Assembly (NCBI GenBank): GCA_017656255.1
Contig: JACDOE010000001.1
Span: 497,205-561,204 of the forward strand
Reading direction: 5' to 3'
Origin: Bacillaceae bacterium
GTDB taxonomy: Bacteria > Bacillota > Bacilli > JACDOE01
Length of the DNA: 64,000 bases
Shown here: positions 29,723 to 40,171 of the stretch, piece by piece
Layout: every line of letters begins with the position of its first letter
Position numbering within the stretch: the stretch's first letter is position 1
Position numbers and translations under genes: made by a program
Notes under the pieces: generated by a model
Told to the model about the DNA's origin: nothing
The model's database searches: none
Seen by the model: the letters and a program-made list of their open reading frames with translations, nothing else

Positions 29723-30409
29723 ATGTTTATGTATATGAAAGTGACGACGGAATTGATTCTGGGATTTATAGCCTTATTTCTCATCACCAAAATACTGGGA
29801 AAAACTCAGGTAAGTCAAGTAACGCCGTTTGATTTTATATCCGCCATCGTTTTAGGAGAAATTCTCGGTAACGCTCTGTATGATGATAGCGCGACCGGTC
29901 TACTTCTGTTATATTCACTTTTTATCTGGGGCTGTTTAATGTTACTCGTCAAGTTGATCTCTCAAAAATCAAATAAGATGAGAAAATGGATTGAAGGGAA
30001 TCCTTCCATTTTAATCCGACAGGGCAAAATAGACCGGGAACAGTTAAAGAAAAATCGGTTGAATTTGCATCACCTGCTTTACATGTTGCGCCAGGCGAAT
30101 GTGTTTTCTGTTCGAGAAGTAGAATATGCTATTATAGAGCCTGATGGACGTCTCAGCGTGATGAAAAAACCGGATTATGATTCAGTCAAGGCAAAAGATA
30201 TGTATTTACCGGTTCAATCATCGCCGCTTCCGACCACATTAATAGCCGACGGGAGATTAATTGAGGAGAATCTGCATGCGCTTGGCTATGATCATCACTG
30301 GTTGAAGCAACAACTTGAGACAAAAGGGGTGACACGTGTTGAAGATGTTTTTTATGCTGAATGGAAAGCGGATGAAGGCATTTTTGTGGTGGAACAAAAC
30401 GAACGATGA
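29723..30409 (+). CDS. DUF421-domain membrane protein (YetF/YrbG-like)
   Basis: N-terminal TM segments plus the conserved C-terminal soluble domain pattern of DUF421. Confidence 0.6.
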   Translation: MFMYMKVTTELILGFIALFLITKILGKTQVSQVTPFDFISAIVLGEILGNALYDDSATGLLLLYSLFIWGCLMLLVKLISQKSNKMRKWIEGNPSILIRQGKIDREQLKKNRLNLHHLLYMLRQANVFSVREVEYAIIEPDGRLSVMKKPDYDSVKAKDMYLPVQSSPLPTTLIADGRLIEENLHALGYDHHWLKQQLETKGVTRVEDVFYAEWKADEGIFVVEQNER

Positions 30410-30453
30410 AACTTTCTCCCGTGATCATTCGTAAGGTATAATAAGGAAATCAC

Positions 30454-30987
30454 ATGGGGGTTTTTACAATGATGTTGATAACAGGCAAACGTGTCTTGTG
30501 GACAGTCCTGTTTTTTTTAATGATTTCCGGTTTCTATCCATTCGCTCTAAGTGCTGAAGACGTCGAAATTGAATTGCCAGACGGGGAAAAGGTGCAAGTA
30601 TCCCGGGAACCGGTTGGAAATGGATATAAATATCGGGTTAAATTCGCGGATGGTGAAACTTATACATACACACGGACCGGTGTGGTGGAGACCAGTGGAG
30701 GATCTCAAGGATTGACACGTGAGCAAATGGATAAAGCTGAAACGGCTATCAATATATACAGAAAAATGTTCGGACAAGAACCCGTAAAGGAGGAACCTTC
30801 AGGAAATCCCTTCGCTTTTCTTTTCTTTGTCATGGGGATTCTGGGGGTTTTCAGTCCGAGAACGATGTGGTTTCTTGAAATCGGCTGGAAGTTGAAAGAT
30901 ACTGAGCCAAGTGACCTGGCGTTAATGGCCAATCGTGTCGTCGGCGTGTTTCTCATACTGATGGGATTAGCTTTAACGTTCTCATAA
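30454..30987 (+). CDS. Hypothetical secreted/membrane protein
   Basis: Signal peptide then soluble domain, with two C-terminal TM helices. Confidence 0.45.
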   Translation: MGVFTMMLITGKRVLWTVLFFLMISGFYPFALSAEDVEIELPDGEKVQVSREPVGNGYKYRVKFADGETYTYTRTGVVETSGGSQGLTREQMDKAETAINIYRKMFGQEPVKEEPSGNPFAFLFFVMGILGVFSPRTMWFLEIGWKLKDTEPSDLALMANRVVGVFLILMGLALTFS

Positions 30988-31017
30988 GCCATTTTTATCC
31001 GAAGAGGGGAGAAGATT

Positions 31018-31629
31018 GTGATCGTTCGTTTTATTTATTTCATTTTCTTGTTGATTATAAGCGGTTGTAGTCTTACCAGTTCTTATGATTTGGAACGGTA
31101 TTCGCTGTCAACGGAAGAACACCAGTTAATTCGTGCGACAGGAACCGAAAGTATTGGAGTTTATGATGTGACGATTCAGGATAAAAATATCAATGCTGTT
31201 TCCTGCCGGATTAAATTTTATCAGGATGGGGATCAAATAGATACCCTGGACTTTAAATTTTTCGACACATCTTTAATATATGATGAAAACGTTAGGTTAA
31301 GTCTGATGCGTCGGGAGATACCGGATACAGATAATCTATTGTATCTGGTTTCTCTCAACTCGGATGGCATTCAGTCTGTTGCCAGACAGGTAACCCGGGA
31401 TATACCGGGAAATCGGGCACATGGAGAAATAAAGTTACGAGAAAAGTTGAATATCATACCGGACCAGCCTCTAATTCTGGCTGTTGAACGTTACTTTCAC
31501 GATCCACCTCAGGTCCATCTGAACAATGAAATGTTTACAGACCCACAGACGTTAGAGCAGATCATAGAAGAGGGCGACGCCGTCATCTACACCTGTACAT
31601 TTAAAAATCAGGAAAGGGGTGGAGACTGA
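31018..31629 (+). CDS. Hypothetical lipoprotein
   Basis: Lipobox LIISGC. Confidence 0.45.
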   Translation: MIVRFIYFIFLLIISGCSLTSSYDLERYSLSTEEHQLIRATGTESIGVYDVTIQDKNINAVSCRIKFYQDGDQIDTLDFKFFDTSLIYDENVRLSLMRREIPDTDNLLYLVSLNSDGIQSVARQVTRDIPGNRAHGEIKLREKLNIIPDQPLILAVERYFHDPPQVHLNNEMFTDPQTLEQIIEEGDAVIYTCTFKNQERGGD

Positions 31630-31631
31630 CG

Positions 31632-31859
31632 ATGCTTTTTTTGTATGCCATGATGTTAGTTATCTCCTTTATTTTTATCTATACCCTGATGAAAACAATG
31701 GAACTTCTGGTAAAAAGCAAAAATCAGGCTACATACATGCAATTCAGAAACGGGACGATTATCAGTTTTCTTTTGCTGGTTACTTTTTTTTCATCTTGTT
31801 CAATAATTAAAAGAAATACATGGGGGTTATTGTCTGCCGGAAATATCATTTTCAGGTGA
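31632..31859 (+). CDS. Small hypothetical membrane protein
   Basis: ATG 3 nt after the upstream stop. Hydrophobic. Confidence 0.35.
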   Translation: MLFLYAMMLVISFIFIYTLMKTMELLVKSKNQATYMQFRNGTIISFLLLVTFFSSCSIIKRNTWGLLSAGNIIFR

Positions 31860-32017
31860 AAGCAAGTCAACCGTCATGGAGGAAGAAGGGAAACATTATG
31901 CAGTTTCCCCATTTTTTATATGAGAGGGATTTATCCGATTATGTCGAATAAAGAATATGGATCACCATAGCATGGCAAAAAACAACCAGACATGAAATGC
32001 GATTTGAGGGGGACGCG

Positions 32018-33646
32018 ATGTTTTATGCCCGTTTGCTGATGTTACTGATATGGCTATCAACGCCCCTCTTAACATCAATGCCGGTTGCAGCATCTGATTC
32101 CGGTGTTTACACCATTGCCTATCTGGAACAGTTTTATCCGTTTCAACAGAAGGGGGAAAAGGGGCAGGCTGAAGGATTTGTGATTGATCTGTTGAACGCG
32201 ATCGCAACAACAGAAAACATCAAATTTCAATATCAACCGATGACGCTTGATGAAGCTGTAAACGCTTTAAATAACGGCGAAATTGACGGAATCGCCGGGT
32301 TAAAATACACCTCTGAAAAAGACCGGTTTTTTGATTTTTCACAGCCCTTTACAACGGTATCACATACCCTGCTCGTGCCGGAAAACAATACGTCGATCCA
32401 GACTCTTCCTGATCTGGGGGGTAAAGTGGTGGCCATCGAGAGAGGAGATGTGGCCTTAGACATTCTGAGAGACGTCAGAAGAGTCGAGGTACTGGTCGCA
32501 AAAAATCAGACAAACGCGTTAAAATATCTCGAATCAGGCCGGGCCGATGCTTTTCTGGGCAACTCCATGTTGATTGAAACCTATCTGGAAAAACGGGGAC
32601 TCACCAATGAGTACCGGCGAACAGACGATCTCCTGCTCCCAAGTGATTATGCTTTTGCCACCACCGAAGGTAACCAGGACTTAATCCGAACCATCAACCG
32701 GGGTTTGATCAAAGTTAAAGCGAATCAGGAATACCAAAAGATCTACAATCAATGGTTCGGCTGGGAGGATAAAAGACTGGCCCAAAAGATGCGACAGGTC
32801 ATCCTCATGCTGGTCCTGGCTCTTATGGCAGGTGTCCTGTATGTGATTTTCTCCATCCGCTGGAACCGGAAGTTAAAAGAAGAAGTGGCTAAACGAACGG
32901 TTGAACTGGAACGTACCAACCGTATGCTGGAACAAAAAATAGAAGAAGAAAAAAACCTGCGCCAGAAACTGATTCACAAAGAAAAAATGCAGGCGCTTGG
33001 ACAACTTGTGGCAAGTATCGCCCATGAACTCCGCAATCCGTTGACCTCGATCAAGGCTTTTGTTGAGTTGATACCGGAAAAATTCGAAAGCCCGCGTTTT
33101 CGCCAGGAAGTAAGCCGATATGTACCGGCGGAAATCAACCGTCTGAACAAATTGCTGACCAATTTGCTCGATTATGCCAAACCGGGGGATCCGCAAAAAC
33201 AAACGTTTGCAGTACGTGAATGGCTGGATTCGGTGTATCCTTTTTTTCAGATACAGTTTGACAAAAAGCATATTCGATTCAGCACTGATATCCCGGAATC
33301 GCTTTATGTTTGGGCCGATTACGGGCAGATGAAACAGGTGCTGGTCAACATTCTGCTGAATGCAATGGACGCCGTGGGACAAAACGGTGACATTCACATG
33401 ACCGCCTGTTCGGAACAGGATAATGTGGTGATTAAGATTCGCGATTCCGGGAAAGGCATCCCGCAGGATAAAATGGCCCTGATTTTTGAGCCCTTTTACA
33501 CCGATAAGACACACGGAACAGGACTCGGACTGTCTTTGTGCCGGCAGTATATGAAAGACAATAACGGCGAGATCCAGATTGAAAGCGTACCGGGAAAAGG
33601 GACGACGGTTGTACTGAGGCTGCCGACAGGAAAAGGGGGAGTATGA
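32018..33646 (+). CDS. Sensor histidine kinase with periplasmic solute-binding (SBP_bac_3-like) domain, TM helix, HisKA and HATPase_c
   Basis: Signal/TM region, then amino-acid-binding-protein-like domain (GIAGLKYTSEKDRFFDFSQPF). A second TM helix follows, then H-box IAHELRNPL and N/G boxes (DSGKGIP, GTGLGLSL). The ATG at 32018 has a GAGGGGGA RBS. The track ATG at 31997 has none. Confidence 0.75.
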   Translation: MFYARLLMLLIWLSTPLLTSMPVAASDSGVYTIAYLEQFYPFQQKGEKGQAEGFVIDLLNAIATTENIKFQYQPMTLDEAVNALNNGEIDGIAGLKYTSEKDRFFDFSQPFTTVSHTLLVPENNTSIQTLPDLGGKVVAIERGDVALDILRDVRRVEVLVAKNQTNALKYLESGRADAFLGNSMLIETYLEKRGLTNEYRRTDDLLLPSDYAFATTEGNQDLIRTINRGLIKVKANQEYQKIYNQWFGWEDKRLAQKMRQVILMLVLALMAGVLYVIFSIRWNRKLKEEVAKRTVELERTNRMLEQKIEEEKNLRQKLIHKEKMQALGQLVASIAHELRNPLTSIKAFVELIPEKFESPRFRQEVSRYVPAEINRLNKLLTNLLDYAKPGDPQKQTFAVREWLDSVYPFFQIQFDKKHIRFSTDIPESLYVWADYGQMKQVLVNILLNAMDAVGQNGDIHMTACSEQDNVVIKIRDSGKGIPQDKMALIFEPFYTDKTHGTGLGLSLCRQYMKDNNGEIQIESVPGKGTTVVLRLPTGKGGV

Positions 33647-35028
33647 TGAATCATCGCCTGCTTATTGTTGATGATGAAGAAGCGATCTGCGCTTCTCTCA
33701 GATATACCTTTGAAGATGACTTTAACGTCTACACCGCCACAGATGGCAAATCGGCGCTGGAATACGCCGAGAAACATTCACCTGACATTGTCCTGCTGGA
33801 CCTGAAAATCGGACAAGAATCCGGTCTAGAATTGCTCGAACCGATTCTCAAACTCTGTCCCCAGTCCAGGGTAATCATGATGACAGCATACGGTGACATT
33901 GAATCCTCCGTACAGGCGATGCGAAAAGGTGCCTACGCCTATATTGAAAAACCGCTTCATATGGAAGAATTGAAACTTTTGATCCAGAAGTGCCTCGATC
34001 ATCAGCAACTGACGGAAAAGGTAAATGAACTGCAGCAGGAGATGGAGGGTAAATACAGCCATCACGGCATTATCGGCCGGAGTAAAGCGATTAAGGATAT
34101 TTATGTCATGATCGATAAAGTAAAGGATATTGACTCAACGGTTCTGGTCAGCGGGGAAAGCGGAACGGGGAAAGAACTGGTGGCCCGGGCCATTCATTAC
34201 AGCGGCAACCGTCGCCAACATCCGTTTGTAGACGTCAATTGTGCCGCAATTCCTTCGGAACTTCTGGAAAGTGAACTGTTTGGCTATGAAAAAGGGGCAT
34301 TTACCGGAGCTCACCAGGACAAGCCCGGGAAATTTGTTCAGGCAGACGGCGGCACCCTGTTTCTGGATGAAGTGGGGGAACTGCCGCTTTCACTTCAGTC
34401 CAAGCTGCTTCGGACCATTCAGGAAAAAGAAGTAACACCACTTGGGTCCACAAAGAAAGTCTCAGTTGATACCCGGATTATTGCAGCGACCAACCGTGAC
34501 TTAAAGGAAGAGGTAAAAAACGGACGTTTCCGTGAAGATCTCTATTTCCGTCTGAATGTGATTCCCATTCACATTCCCTCTCTCAAGGACCGTAAAGAAG
34601 ATATACCACCGCTGGTGGATCATTTTATGCAGCAATACAACCGGTCCATGGGCCGGGACATTCAGGGCATCGAACCGACTGCGATGGAAGTTCTGATGAA
34701 ATACGCCTATCCGGGAAATGTACGTGAATTATCCAATGTGATCGAACGAGCGGTTGCCCTGAGTGAAGGTTTTAATATAAAAGTATCAGATTTGCCCCGG
34801 CAGGTGGTGGAAGCCAGTATCGAAGCGGAATTTTATTCCTCTGAAGATCCGTCACGGATTACCTTCCGGTTTGGAACAAGTTTAAGAGAGGTTGAAAAAA
34901 GGTTTATCCTCTTTACGCTGGATAAATTGGACGGACATCGTAAAAAGACGGCTGAAGTTCTCGGCATCAGTGAAAGAGGCCTCCGGCAAAAGTTAAAAAT
35001 GTACCACGAGGAAGCCAAACAGATATAA
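33643..35028 (+). CDS. Sigma-54-dependent response regulator (NtrC family: REC, AAA+ sigma-54 activator, Fis-type HTH)
   Basis: REC domain (LLIVDDEE...DLKIG). Walker A GESGTGKE and GAFTGA motifs. C-terminal HTH. ATGA overlap with the kinase gene. Confidence 0.85.
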   Translation: MMNHRLLIVDDEEAICASLRYTFEDDFNVYTATDGKSALEYAEKHSPDIVLLDLKIGQESGLELLEPILKLCPQSRVIMMTAYGDIESSVQAMRKGAYAYIEKPLHMEELKLLIQKCLDHQQLTEKVNELQQEMEGKYSHHGIIGRSKAIKDIYVMIDKVKDIDSTVLVSGESGTGKELVARAIHYSGNRRQHPFVDVNCAAIPSELLESELFGYEKGAFTGAHQDKPGKFVQADGGTLFLDEVGELPLSLQSKLLRTIQEKEVTPLGSTKKVSVDTRIIAATNRDLKEEVKNGRFREDLYFRLNVIPIHIPSLKDRKEDIPPLVDHFMQQYNRSMGRDIQGIEPTAMEVLMKYAYPGNVRELSNVIERAVALSEGFNIKVSDLPRQVVEASIEAEFYSSEDPSRITFRFGTSLREVEKRFILFTLDKLDGHRKKTAEVLGISERGLRQKLKMYHEEAKQI

Positions 35029-35152
35029 CGGCATAAAATTCCGTAAGGCGGCAAAAAATGCCGTCATCTTTATCCGTCGGCTGGATGACACGTTGAAAGA
35101 GGAGCATGTGACAATAGAGGCAAATCAACTTATTAGCCGTTTTAATAAATAA

Positions 35153-35168
35153 TGGCACAGTTTTTGCA
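35153..35168 (+). promoter_or_regulatory. Sigma-54 (-24/-12) promoter: TGGCAC-N5-TTGCA
   Basis: aaTGGCACagtttTTGCAtg is a perfect match to consensus. It lies ~80 nt upstream of the first TAXI receptor gene and immediately downstream of the NtrC-type activator gene. Confidence 0.8.
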
Positions 35169-35246
35169 TGTATTTAACTGATGCAGGAACTTGTTAAGCT
35201 CCTCTTTCTTATATCAGAAATTTATTCTATTGAAGGAGGAGACCCG

Positions 35247-36278
35247 GTGTTCTATCTCCTGAAATCACCGAAAAATACCGTCGCCATATTGCTTTTACTG
35301 GTTTATGCAATCGTTTTCAGCGGTTGTCAAGCCAATCAAAACCCATCATCCGATCCTTTTTCAAAACAGGATGCCAGGTTGTTGACCATTGCCACCGGCG
35401 GGACGACCGGGCCCTATTTTGCCATTGGGAACGGTCTCGCAAGATCGCTGGACCGGCATCTGGTGGGGACGATTGCATCGGTTCGGTCAACAGGCGGAGG
35501 GGTTGAAAATATCAGGTTGCTAACCGAAAAGAAAGCTGAAGTCGCTTTTGTCATGGCGGATATTGCCTCTTTTGCCTATGAGGGCAACCAGGAGGTCAAG
35601 GGTCTGAAAAACGGTGAGGAATTGAGAGCGATTACATCCCTGTACCCCAATTTTGTCCATTTGATCACACTCGAAGGACAGCCGATCAACAGTGTGCAGG
35701 ATCTGGTCGGAAAACGAGTGGGTGTAGGCGATGTTGGTTCCGGTACGGAAGTGAATGCCAGAACGATTTTAAAATCTTACGGCATCACTTATGACGACAT
35801 CGAGGAACATTTTCTCTCCTATAAAGAATCCGTGCTGGAATTAAAGCAGGGGAATGTGGATGCCGCTTTTCTCACTTCCGGCCTGCCCAATCCCGCTATT
35901 CAGGATTTGATGCAGACCCACCCGGTCAAATTCATCAACATATCCAGAGAAAATATCGATAAAATCGCAGCTCACTATCCGTATTATTCGTACAACGTGA
36001 TCCCGAAAGGAACCTATAACAATACCGCTGATATTTCAACTGCCGCGATCACGAATCTGTTGCTGACCCGCCGGGACATGCCGGAGCAAATAGTCTACGA
36101 CATGACATCCATCCTGTTTGAAGAACTGGATGAATTGCAGGATGCCCATACAGCAGCCAGAGATATTAATCTGCAAAACAGTCAGGACGGTGTTTCGGTG
36201 CCATTTCATCCGGGAGCGCAAAAGTTTTTTGAAGAACACGGGATTAATGTAAGGTTTCTGCCACACACAAATCATTAA
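35247..36278 (+). CDS. TRAP transporter solute receptor, TAXI family (copy 1, lipoprotein)
   Basis: GTG start with GAAGGAGGAG RBS. Lipobox VFSGC. TAXI signature TGGTTGPYFAIG...HPGAQKFFEE. The track ATG at 35181 would start before the sigma-54 transcription start. Confidence 0.75.
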   Translation: MFYLLKSPKNTVAILLLLVYAIVFSGCQANQNPSSDPFSKQDARLLTIATGGTTGPYFAIGNGLARSLDRHLVGTIASVRSTGGGVENIRLLTEKKAEVAFVMADIASFAYEGNQEVKGLKNGEELRAITSLYPNFVHLITLEGQPINSVQDLVGKRVGVGDVGSGTEVNARTILKSYGITYDDIEEHFLSYKESVLELKQGNVDAAFLTSGLPNPAIQDLMQTHPVKFINISRENIDKIAAHYPYYSYNVIPKGTYNNTADISTAAITNLLLTRRDMPEQIVYDMTSILFEELDELQDAHTAARDINLQNSQDGVSVPFHPGAQKFFEEHGINVRFLPHTNH

Positions 36279-36292
36279 GGGGGTTTTTAAGA

Positions 36293-37324
36293 GTGAAAAA
36301 GTTTTTTACTTTGATGCTGGTATTTGTGTTAACGCTTTCTCTGGCTGCCTGCGGAGGCGGACAGGAAGCAGCAGAACAGAACAATGGAACAGAAGGTGAA
36401 ACTGGAGGAGAACAGGCTGAAAGTAATGCGGCTGAACCGGCCAAGCTGGTGTTTGGTACAGGTGGAACTTCTGGAACTTACTATCCGATTGGTGGCGCAT
36501 TGAAAACCGTTTTTGAAGAAAGTGATTTAATTGATAGTGTAACGGTTGAATCAACAGGTGCATCCGTTAAAAACATCCAGAATATTCGTGACGGACTGAA
36601 CCAGATCGCCATTATCATGAGTGATGTTGGTTACGATGCTGTCAATGGTGTTGGAAAATTTGAAGGAGAAAAGGTGGATATCCAGGCTGTAGCTGGTCTG
36701 TACCCGAATGTGGTGCAGGTTGTCGCAACGGCAGATAGCGGTATTAAAACCGTTGCCGACCTCAAAGGGAAGCGGGTTGGTGTCGGAAAAGTAGGTTCCG
36801 GTGTGGAACAGAGTGCCAAGAAAGTTCTGGCAGCTGCCGGCCTGACCTATGATGATCTGGATAAAGTCACACATACCGGATATGCCGACAGTGTTAAAGC
36901 TATGAAAGATGGTAACCTGGATGCCGCATTCTTCACGTCTGGTGTCCCGAACAGCAATATCACCGATTTACAGCAGACGATGGACATTCAATTCGTCGAA
37001 ATTGATGGTGACGTTGCTTCCAAGTTGCTTGATTCTTATCCGTTCTATCAGACTTACACCATCCCGGCAGGAGATGAAGCGAAGTACAACCTGGAGGAAG
37101 AGGTTAATACCGTGGCCATTAAGAACATGTTGATTGTCAGCCCTGACCTCAATGAAGATGTGGTCTATGAATTGACTAAACTGTTCTATGAGTATCTCGG
37201 AACGGAAAATGTAGCGGTCGGAGCGCTAAAACAGTTTGACCGTGATGATATGGGTAATAATCTGGTTGCTCCGCTTCATCCAGGAGCCCAAAAATTCTAT
37301 GAAGAAAATGGTTTGTTGAAATAA
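36293..37324 (+). CDS. TRAP transporter solute receptor, TAXI family (copy 2, lipoprotein)
   Basis: Lipobox LAACGG. TGGTSGTYYPIG...HPGAQKFYEE. Paralogous to copy 1. Confidence 0.8.
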   Translation: MKKFFTLMLVFVLTLSLAACGGGQEAAEQNNGTEGETGGEQAESNAAEPAKLVFGTGGTSGTYYPIGGALKTVFEESDLIDSVTVESTGASVKNIQNIRDGLNQIAIIMSDVGYDAVNGVGKFEGEKVDIQAVAGLYPNVVQVVATADSGIKTVADLKGKRVGVGKVGSGVEQSAKKVLAAAGLTYDDLDKVTHTGYADSVKAMKDGNLDAAFFTSGVPNSNITDLQQTMDIQFVEIDGDVASKLLDSYPFYQTYTIPAGDEAKYNLEEEVNTVAIKNMLIVSPDLNEDVVYELTKLFYEYLGTENVAVGALKQFDRDDMGNNLVAPLHPGAQKFYEENGLLK

Positions 37325-37330
37325 GCCAAT

Positions 37331-37366
37331 CGCGGGGCATCCCTCGGGATGTCCCGTCATTTTTAA
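37331..37366 (+). terminator. Intra-operon hairpin/terminator between receptor and permease genes
   Basis: gcggggcatccc-tc-gggatgtcccg then tcattttt. Confidence 0.5.
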
Positions 37367-37370
37367 AAAG

Positions 37371-37868
37371 ATGCTCATGAACAAGAAAATCTTTATCCTG
37401 CTAATCACACTCATAACCATCACGGCTTCATTTTACCCGATTCAGGTATTTAGCGTTACAACCGATAACGAACCGGTTTATATTTTTCCGGCCGGGGAGG
37501 GGTTTTCCTTTTCCGTTCGCTGGATTCACTCCGTCGAGGAAGAAGAATGGGAAGAATTTTTTGTGGTTAAAGACGGATCGATCATACTGGATGCCACACG
37601 CTTCAAAACATTCGGAGCAGGCGTTCCGCACAATGCCGGTAAAGACGCCTTTCTCAAAGACGGCTGGTTATATATGATTGATATTGATCGTTTGATCGGC
37701 GGTGAGCTCTATGTGCGAACAGGGCCTGAAACCAATCACCGTTTGTTTATTAACGGAAAGGCAAATCCGTTGTCTAAACCCGGTGAGAATGTCGCTTATC
37801 TCATGAAAGTGGACAGGCAACCGTTCCTCATCTATTTTAAAAGCTGGTTGATTTCGAAACGGAGGTAG
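37371..37868 (+). CDS. DUF1850-domain protein (TAXI-TRAP-associated)
   Basis: Conserved position between the TAXI receptor and fused permease. Single N-terminal TM helix. Confidence 0.6.
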   Translation: MLMNKKIFILLITLITITASFYPIQVFSVTTDNEPVYIFPAGEGFSFSVRWIHSVEEEEWEEFFVVKDGSIILDATRFKTFGAGVPHNAGKDAFLKDGWLYMIDIDRLIGGELYVRTGPETNHRLFINGKANPLSKPGENVAYLMKVDRQPFLIYFKSWLISKRR

Positions 37869-37878
37869 GGGGGAGTCT

Positions 37879-40035
37879 ATGAGCCAGAAAGATTCGATTC
37901 TAGAAAAATATGACCGGGAATCGGTCACCCGTACCAATATCATAAAACCGATTGCGATTATCCTGACCCTTTTTGCTGTAGGATTATCGCTATTTCATCT
38001 TTATACATCATTTGCCGGACCGCTGGTAGATATTAAACAGCGGAGCATTCATCTGTTTATCCTGCTGATGATCGCCTATTTGCTGTATCCGATAAGTAAA
38101 AGGGCGAGAAGGGACCGTGTTCCAGTTTACGATATCATCATGGCCGTGCTATCTCTGTTTGCCGGGATTTATATGCTGGCAACAGCGGAAAGGATTATTA
38201 ACGACGGGGGACAGATTAACACGCTGGATTTTTATATCGGCATCCTGATCATTCTGCTGGTGATTGATGCGACAAGGCGTGTCACCGGATGGGGACTTCC
38301 GATACTTGCCATCATTTTTATCATTTACGGGTTATATACGAAATTGACGGTCTATCCGGAATTAAAAATGCCGATCGTCATGAATATCTCAAAATCGATT
38401 GTCTCCCATCTCGTCTTTATCACCGAAGGGATTCTGGGAACGGCAATCGGGGTATCAGCCAGTTATATCATTCTGTTTATCCTGTTCGGCGCGTTTCTGG
38501 AGAAGTCGGGCATGGGAAAACTGTTTAATGATCTCGCCCTGGCCATCGCTGGAGGTGCAAAGGGTGGTCCGGCCAAGGTGGCCGTTATTGCCAGCGGATT
38601 TCTCGGATCTATCAACGGATCAGCGATAGCCAACGTGGTGACCACAGGTGCCTTTACCATTCCTTTGATGAAAAAGATCGGTTATCATAAAAATTTCGCA
38701 GGAGCAGTGGAGTCCGCATCCAGTGTGGGCGGGCAAATTTTGCCGCCGATTATGGGGGCTGCCGCATTTATTATGGCGGAAAACCTGTCTATTCCCTACA
38801 CAACTATCATTCTGGCAGGTATTATTCCCGCGCTCTTGTTCTATCTGGGGGTTCTTTTACAGGTGCATTTTCGGGCATCGAGGCAAAACCTGGAGGGGAT
38901 TCCCAGAAGCGAACTTCCTTCTGTAAAAAAGGTTTTGCTGGAAAGAGGACATCTGCTAATCCCGATGATTATTCTGTTATACCTTTTGTTTACGGGTAAA
39001 ACGCCTTTTTATGCGGCTTTCTGGTCAATCGTGGCCACGATTCTGATTTCGGGTACGCGCAAACTACTTTCCATTATGTTGCCGGTGCTGTTATTCCTTA
39101 TTTTCCAGGATCAGATCACCGCATTCATAACCGGTGAAACGGTACCGAATCCCGATCAGAATCTGATGCTGCTCATGGCCATTATTCTAATTCCGTTGAT
39201 TATTAATTTTGTACGAACCTGGTTTCAGATTCCATCCGATCAGATGGGTGTCAAGGACTTTAAAGAAGCCCTTGAAAAAGGGGCGAAAACGTCTATTTCT
39301 GTGGCGATGGCCTGTGCTGCAGTCGGGATTATCGTCGGGATTGCCACGTTAACAGGTATTGCACTGGATGTAGCCAACAGCATTGTGGCCCTTGGTGACC
39401 ATTTTTCATCACCTTTGATCCAGTTGTTGATTACGCTATTCTTTACGATGATCGCTTCGATTTTACTGGGAATGGGACTTCCAAGTATTCCGACCTATAT
39501 TATTACGAGTACGATGGCGGCTCCGATTCTGCTGCAAACGCCGTTATTTAAGGAACTGGCAGGAACCACAGAGAACGCCGTCTTCATCGCTCATATGTTT
39601 GTGTTTTACTTCGGTATTTTCGCTAATATTACACCACCCGTGGCCCTGGCGGCTTTCGCCGGAGCAGGGATAAGCGGGGGAGATCCGACCAAAACCGGTC
39701 TTCAGGCTATGAAACTGGCTGTTGCCGGATTTATCGTACCCTTTATGTTTGTATTTGCACCGGAAATGTTGATTATTGATGCCGGTACAGGCGAAATCGT
39801 GCTAATCGCTTTAACATCGATTCTGGGCGTGACCATGCTGTCCATCGCGGTGGAAGGCTATTTCCTGAAATCGGTGCCTGACTGGATGCGTCTTCTGGCC
39901 GGCGTCAGTGCGATCCTCTTGATTTATCCGGGTCTGGTAACCGATGTCATCGGGCTGGTTGTGTTTGCCCTTCTTCTGTTTACGAACTTTAGAAATCGTA
40001 CACCGGTGGATCCGAATTACCAGCAAAATGTATAA
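37879..40035 (+). CDS. TRAP transporter fused permease (4TM/12TM, TAXI-type)
   Basis: 718-aa polytopic membrane protein, the typical fused DctQM-like permease of TAXI systems. Confidence 0.8.
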   Translation: MSQKDSILEKYDRESVTRTNIIKPIAIILTLFAVGLSLFHLYTSFAGPLVDIKQRSIHLFILLMIAYLLYPISKRARRDRVPVYDIIMAVLSLFAGIYMLATAERIINDGGQINTLDFYIGILIILLVIDATRRVTGWGLPILAIIFIIYGLYTKLTVYPELKMPIVMNISKSIVSHLVFITEGILGTAIGVSASYIILFILFGAFLEKSGMGKLFNDLALAIAGGAKGGPAKVAVIASGFLGSINGSAIANVVTTGAFTIPLMKKIGYHKNFAGAVESASSVGGQILPPIMGAAAFIMAENLSIPYTTIILAGIIPALLFYLGVLLQVHFRASRQNLEGIPRSELPSVKKVLLERGHLLIPMIILLYLLFTGKTPFYAAFWSIVATILISGTRKLLSIMLPVLLFLIFQDQITAFITGETVPNPDQNLMLLMAIILIPLIINFVRTWFQIPSDQMGVKDFKEALEKGAKTSISVAMACAAVGIIVGIATLTGIALDVANSIVALGDHFSSPLIQLLITLFFTMIASILLGMGLPSIPTYIITSTMAAPILLQTPLFKELAGTTENAVFIAHMFVFYFGIFANITPPVALAAFAGAGISGGDPTKTGLQAMKLAVAGFIVPFMFVFAPEMLIIDAGTGEIVLIALTSILGVTMLSIAVEGYFLKSVPDWMRLLAGVSAILLIYPGLVTDVIGLVVFALLLFTNFRNRTPVDPNYQQNV

Positions 40036-40044
40036 AGGTGTGAG

Positions 40045-40078
40045 TGACCGCAAAAAATTTTGCGGTCCTTTTTTTTGT
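40045..40078 (+). terminator. Intrinsic terminator after the TRAP permease
   Basis: gaccgcaaaa-aa-ttttgcggtc then cttttttttt. Confidence 0.8.
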
Positions 40079-40171
40079 TAAACACGAAACGATCCAATCC
40101 CACAGAATATAAAAATCAAAATCAGACAATAATTCAATAGTAGTATCCCTTTAAAAGGTGGTGTAAACAGG

